A stretch of 64,000 nucleotides of DNA from Eledone cirrhosa (lineage: Eukaryota), in the NCBI GenBank assembly GCA_964016885.1, contig OZ024741.1, forward strand, positions 403,992,001-404,056,000, in the 5' to 3' direction. The stretch's first letter is position 1; each line of letters starts with the position of its first letter. Below the pieces are notes generated by a model that was not told the origin of the DNA, did not search any database, and saw nothing but the letters and a program-made list of their open reading frames with translations. The position numbers and the translations under genes were made by a program. Below, piece by piece: positions 55,689-64,000 of this stretch.

Positions 55689-56654
55689 ATTCACATACAC
55701 ACAAATCAATCAAACAAACACACTCAAATACACACAAGCACACACAGAACCTCAAGCGCGCTCACACACACACACGCATTCGCACACTCATAAATACACA
55801 CACATTCACATACACACACCCTTACATCGACATACAACCATACACCTTGTATAAAATTCACCCAACCATCTTTATACGTACACACACACACACACACATA
55901 TATATGTGTGTACATACATATATATATATATACACACATCTACAATTATACTCACTTCACACATATATGTAGATATATACAAATAAATATTACATATACA
56001 TATGGTGGCTGCCAACTCGTTTTCGAGTACGGCCACTACTTTATATCCATGTAGGAGAACTACCGATGCGCTGAACGAGTGTGACTTTTTAGTCCAGCCA
56101 GCGACTTGAAAACTCTGGTACAAACACTACACTTGTGACAATTATTGACACATAGTGCTGGGCCCATGATACCATGTGACGACAAGTGCAGAGAGATCTC
56201 CAGATATAAAGCAATGCCTGTGCCGTGAAGCTTTTATAGTGAGCAAAGGCACTGCACAAAGCCAGTCCCACTCTCTTAACCAAGATGATATTTACCAAAA
56301 AGAAGAACAAGTCAACATCATTGGATACCATCAGAGTTGCAGGTGTTATATCAGAGTTTTCCTTCTCCTAGAATTCTGCCTTGACAAAGGCTAAGGGGTC
56401 ATCTCTCCCAGTAATTTTGGATGGCCATTGACTCTTAAGAGTTCCTTTGCCCTTTGACAGGTTTTGTTTTTAGTCCTGCAGGATGTCCAAAGTCACCCTC
56501 CTCACCAGGAAACCTTGGTGGGGTTGCCAGTTTAGTCGCCAACAACCCGACCATGAGACAGGTTGTACTGGGATACATGTTACCAGTAGCACCAACTGGT
56601 GACCTGACATATATACATACATATAAACATACACAACAAAACTAACTTCACTTT

Positions 56655-56788
<134 letters not shown>

Positions 56789-56908
56789 TATTATGTAAAA
56801 TCCCGGGATGTTACATATTTTTGTCTCTATACCGACTCTGCATCTCTTCAAGTACTGAGTACTCCCATGATTAGTGGTCTCTCCGGTCTGGTCTCTCTCT
56901 CTCTCTCT

Positions 56909-58130
<1,222 letters not shown>

Positions 58131-58319
58131 TTTATCCCGGGTTCAATCGGGGGTAACCAAGTAAGGTACTTAATACAAGACAGAGTATAAATATTTAATA
58201 TAGAAAGACTTCTACAGGACTAGAACTGTTTCATTCGGGAGAAATCATCAGGAAGCTCCTGATGATTTATCCCGAATGAAACAGTTCTAGTCCTGTAGAA
58301 CCCTTTCTATATTAAATAT
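58131..58319. mobile_element. HHR-bearing element (- strand) with a fused inverted partial copy, forming a ~64-bp-arm palindrome centred near 58255; Penelope pLTR-like relic
   Basis: tctacaggactagaactgtttcattcgggagaaatcatcagga-agc-tcctgatgatttatcccgaatgaaacagttctagtcctgtaga. Family assignment is inferred from the HHR plus inverted arrangement. Confidence 0.72.
58208..58256 (-). ncRNA. Type I hammerhead ribozyme candidate (variant stem II)
   Basis: Minus strand: GCUUC-CUGAUGA-U-UUC-UCCC-GAA-U-GAA-ACAG-UUCUAGUC-CUGU-A-GAAGU. Stem I 5 bp, stem III 4 bp, GUA site, U-U mismatch at the base of stem II. Confidence 0.65.
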
Positions 58320-58334
58320 ATATATATATATACA

Positions 58335-58349
58335 TACATACACACACAC

Positions 58350-58399
<50 letters not shown>

Positions 58400-58835
58400 C
58401 TGTGTGTAGGTGTGTGTATGTATGCACTAATTGAAATCCTCACAATATACTTTGATACACACAGACATACTTATAAATACATATCTTAATATACACACAC
58501 GACAAAACACACACATATACACACATACTATAGAGGACACACACATATTCACACTCACTATATATACCGCAACATATGCAGTCACTCATTTATATAGATA
58601 TGTTAACCCCCTACCCACAGACCTCTACATACATACACACATACACATGCACACACACACACGCATATATATATATATACACACACATTGATTCACACAT
58701 TTACATAAATATTTCAACCACATATACACAAATACATAAACTCACGCTTATATACATTTGATATAAACATGTAACTACCCAATATATATGTATAATGTAT
58801 GTATGTATACACACACACACACATATATATATATT

Positions 58836-58888
<53 letters not shown>

Positions 58889-59320
58889 CTGTGTGTAGGT
58901 GTGTGTATGTATGCACTAATTGAAATCCTCACAATATACTTTGATACACACAGACATACTTATAAATACATATCTTAATATACACACACGACAAAACACA
59001 CACATATACACACATACTATAGAGGACACACACATATTCACACTCACTATATATACCGCAACATATGCAGTCACTCATTTATATAGATATGTTAACCCCC
59101 TACCCACAGACCTCTACATACATACACACATACACATGCACACACACACACGCATATATATATATATACACACACATTGATTCACACATTTACATAAATA
59201 TTTCAACCACATATACACAAATACATAAACTCACGCTTATATACATTTGATATAAACATGTAACTACCCAATATATATGTATAATGTATGTATGTATACA
59301 CACACACACACATATATATA

Positions 59321-59345
<25 letters not shown>
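58335..59345. repeat. Tandem duplication with 489-bp period
   Basis: gcactaattgaaatcctcacaatatac... occurs at ~58424 and ~58913; identical translated ORFs at 58431/58920 and 58576/59065. Confidence 0.93.
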
Positions 59346-59364
<19 letters not shown>

Positions 59365-59400
59365 AAATATATATATATATGTATATATATATATACAAAG

Positions 59401-59431
<31 letters not shown>

Positions 59432-59603
59432 CACAGATATATACAAACACAGATATATATATATATATGTAAATATATATTTAGTGGTACCAATTTAAGC
59501 ACTCATTGTACAGGAAAAGGGTATATAAGAAAAATATCGCTTTTTTTCTTTTCTTCTCAAACACATATACCCATATATATACATACATACATATATACAT
59601 ATT

Positions 59604-59635
<32 letters not shown>

Positions 59636-59825
59636 CACAAACAGATGTACACACTGATTGACACACATACACACGCCCTAACATAGACACACTCAAATAC
59701 ACAGACATGTACACATGCAGACAAGAGTAAGCTGCGTTGCTGATTAAATATAGGAGGGGGGGGGGGGGCGAGACATGTAGCAAGTTGTTGCTAACAAACA
59801 ATGACTGATACACAACGTTACTGAG

Positions 59826-60262
59826 TTGTGGTGTGTTGTGTTGTGGTGTTTGTTGTTGTGTTGTGCTGTGGTGTGGTGTTGTGTTGTGTTGTGTTGTTGT
59901 TTGTGGTGTGGTGTGGTGTGGTGTTGTGTGGTGTTATGTTGTGTTATGTTGTGTTGTGTTGTGTTGTGTTGTGTGGTGTGGTGTGGTGTGGTGTTGTGTT
60001 GTGTTGTGTTGTGTTGTGTTGTGTTGTGTTGTGGTGTGTTGTGTTGTGGTGTGTTGTTGTGTGGTGTTGTGTGGTGTGGTGTTGTGTTATGTTGTGGTGT
60101 GTTGTGTTGTGGTGTGTTGTTGAGTGGTGTTGTGTAGTGTGGTATTGTGTTATGTTGTGTTGTGTTATGTTGTGGTGTGTTGTTGTGTGGTGTGGTGTTG
60201 TGTTGTTGAGTGGTGTTGTGTGGTGTGGTGTGTTGTGGTATGTTGTCGAATTGTGGTGTTGT
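59826..60262. repeat. Degenerate pentanucleotide (TGTGT/TGTGG)n microsatellite
   Basis: gtgttgtgttgtgtggtgtg runs. Confidence 0.9.
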
Positions 60263-60594
60263 GACTGAGATATGTTTGAATCAAAATTACAAACCTCTAC
60301 TTACACTTTCAGTTTCTAACTGACATCTCTCAGTCTCTCTCTCTCTCTCTCTCTGTATGTCTCTCTATCTATCTCTCTGTCTCTCTGTCTATCTATCTAT
60401 CTATCTATCTATATGTAAACCTGTATGTCTGTCTATCTTTGTTCCCCCTCTCCCCCTCTCTCTCTCTATATATATATACATATATATACATATAAATATG
60501 TCTGTGACAGCCCACACCTATGTAGGTTTAGCTGGCCTCCTCCAAGGTATATCTCCATTGCAAGCCCAATGCTCTTACCACTCAGCCATGCACC

Positions 60595-60689
<95 letters not shown>

Positions 60690-61184
60690 GTGTATGTATG
60701 TGTGTGTGTATGTGTGTGTGTGTGTGTGTATGGATGTGTGTGTATGTGTGTGTGTGTGTGTATGGATTTGTGTGTGTGTATGTATGTGTGTGTGTGTGTG
60801 TGTATGGATGTGTGTGTGTGTGTATGGATGTGTGTGTGTGTGTATTCAGCAATGAATATAAAACAAAATTGTTTCTGAGGAAGACGGCGCAATTGATCAA
60901 GGTTTTCCAGCCTAGAAACAGCTACATAACCACTACAGTTGATATATCGAACTGCAGTGATCAATAAACCCTCTGAAACCATCGTTAAATTATGAACTAA
61001 TTAAACATCTCCGGCTGAAACCATCCCTTCAAGGCCACCTTCAGTTCGGCCCCACAATATCGGCCCCACAATAAACAGTTGGAAAATCAATACATGTCAA
61101 CATGAATGGGCCTGTTATTTTTATTTAGACATTTTTTCCAATTCCAACCCGCCTGTCCCCTCAATCTATCTTATTTCTTTTATT

Positions 61185-61220
61185 TCTTCTGATGAAGGAC
61201 TAGCGTCCGAAACGTTAAGA
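61185..61220 (+). ncRNA. Minimal type I hammerhead ribozyme of the Penelope-like element type
   Basis: UCUU-CUGAUGA-A-GGAC-UAGC-GUCC-GAA-ACGU-U-AAGA. Stem I 4 bp, stem II 4 bp, loopless palindromic stem III (ACGU), predicted cleavage after GUU at 61216. Confidence 0.8.
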
Positions 61221-61344
61221 CACTCTTCCTGCTATGCCAAGCGTTAACCTAATATATCACTTCCATATACTGTACCGATTGTGTTGTTATATCTGTTTAC
61301 CTTTTACATATATATACATATATATGTATGTCTCTCTCACCCCC

Positions 61345-63165
<1,821 letters not shown>

Positions 63166-63237
63166 ATACGATTCTTTCATCTCAATCACATATATATGTA
63201 CGCATCGGTTTACCTATAACTGTACACTGTTTGGACT

Positions 63238-63329
<92 letters not shown>

Positions 63330-63384
63330 AAAGTAAACGAGAACAACACAGCAAAATATGCAGTACAATGAAGATATTACTTTA

Positions 63385-63447
63385 AAGCTTGATATAGTAG
63401 GGAAAGAGTGACGATGTTTCGGACGCTAGTCCTTCGTCAGGCTATAG
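63385..63447 (-). ncRNA. Hammerhead core, second copy of the 61185 family, with weak stem I
   Basis: Minus strand: CUGACGA-A-GGAC-UAGC-GUCC-GAA-AC-AUC-GU-C-ACUCUUUCCCUACUAUAUCAAGC. Identical stem-loop II and a similar downstream tail to 61189-61241. Confidence 0.65.
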
Positions 63448-63606
63448 AATGATAGAGGAGCATGAGAAGGTAGAACATTTTGGAGGAGAAAAAACCTGCG
63501 TACTTTCAGCTCGCCATTACCTTTATAAATATATATATATATATATATATAGTAAAATAAAATAAAACAAGGACGATTGGTTACTCCTTCATTACGTTTA
63601 TTGGTT

Positions 63607-63691
63607 GGTGACGCGCGTTTCGCCATTGATCAGCTCAAGGTTCGATCTGTATCGATCTAGCCCGACTCTGTCATCCGCGGCTCGTCAGACC
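63607..63691 (-). ncRNA. Type I hammerhead ribozyme with an expanded stem-loop II
   Basis: Minus strand: GGU-CUGACGA-GCC-(~54 nt)-GGC-GAA-ACGCGCGU-C-ACC, then AAUAAA a few nt downstream; canonical GUC site at 63610. Confidence 0.8.
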
Positions 63692-63704
63692 CCTTACACT
63701 CCCT

Positions 63705-63772
<68 letters not shown>

Positions 63773-63925
63773 ATATATGTATATATATATGTCTAATGGT
63801 AGCTAAGATGCGAGCCTAGAGTCAGGTCGATCTACACACAGATCGCACCCCAAGCTGTTCGCTGGGGGAACAATTGTAACACACAATAATTTGAGTTCCG
63901 ATGCACCACTGATTTTTCGTTTTCC

Positions 63926-63976
<51 letters not shown>

Positions 63977-64000
63977 TTATATATATATATATATATATAT

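Noticed and set aside
60558-60594. tRNA or tRNA-derived SINE head on the minus strand (A-box-like TGGCTGAGTGG)
   Set aside because: No B-box or cloverleaf follows.
60871-60930. CTGAGGA...GAAAC hammerhead-like motif
   Set aside because: Stems I-III pair poorly; cannot be distinguished from chance.
61046-61073. 14-bp direct repeat tcggccccacaata x2
   Set aside because: Simple local duplication with no supporting context.

Overview
Repeat-dominated eukaryotic DNA, apparently from an invertebrate animal (inferred from the microsatellite load and element types; taxon not determinable). No intact protein-coding gene is supportable. Bases 1-43524 are one giant (GTT)2-3-ACT satellite with multi-kb higher-order duplications; its huge ORFs are repeat artefacts. 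A ~240-bp unique spacer is followed by a 50-bp G-rich minisatellite (~146 copies, 43768-51069), opposed GTA/GTG and CAC/TAC tracts, and a microsatellite-rich right end. That end holds a decayed, 5'-truncated non-LTR retrotransposon with a restriction-like endonuclease (CRE-like, 61443-63165). The most notable signal is a cluster of about nine type I hammerhead-ribozyme (HHR) motifs from several sequence families within 54.8-63.7 kb. They lie in short islands between (TA)n tracts, often as long inverted repeats, and resemble Penelope-like element pseudo-LTR or retrozyme relics. Four look structurally complete or nearly so (55351-55421 +, 58208-58256 -, 61185-61220 +, 63607-63691 -). All folds were made by eye and are untested.
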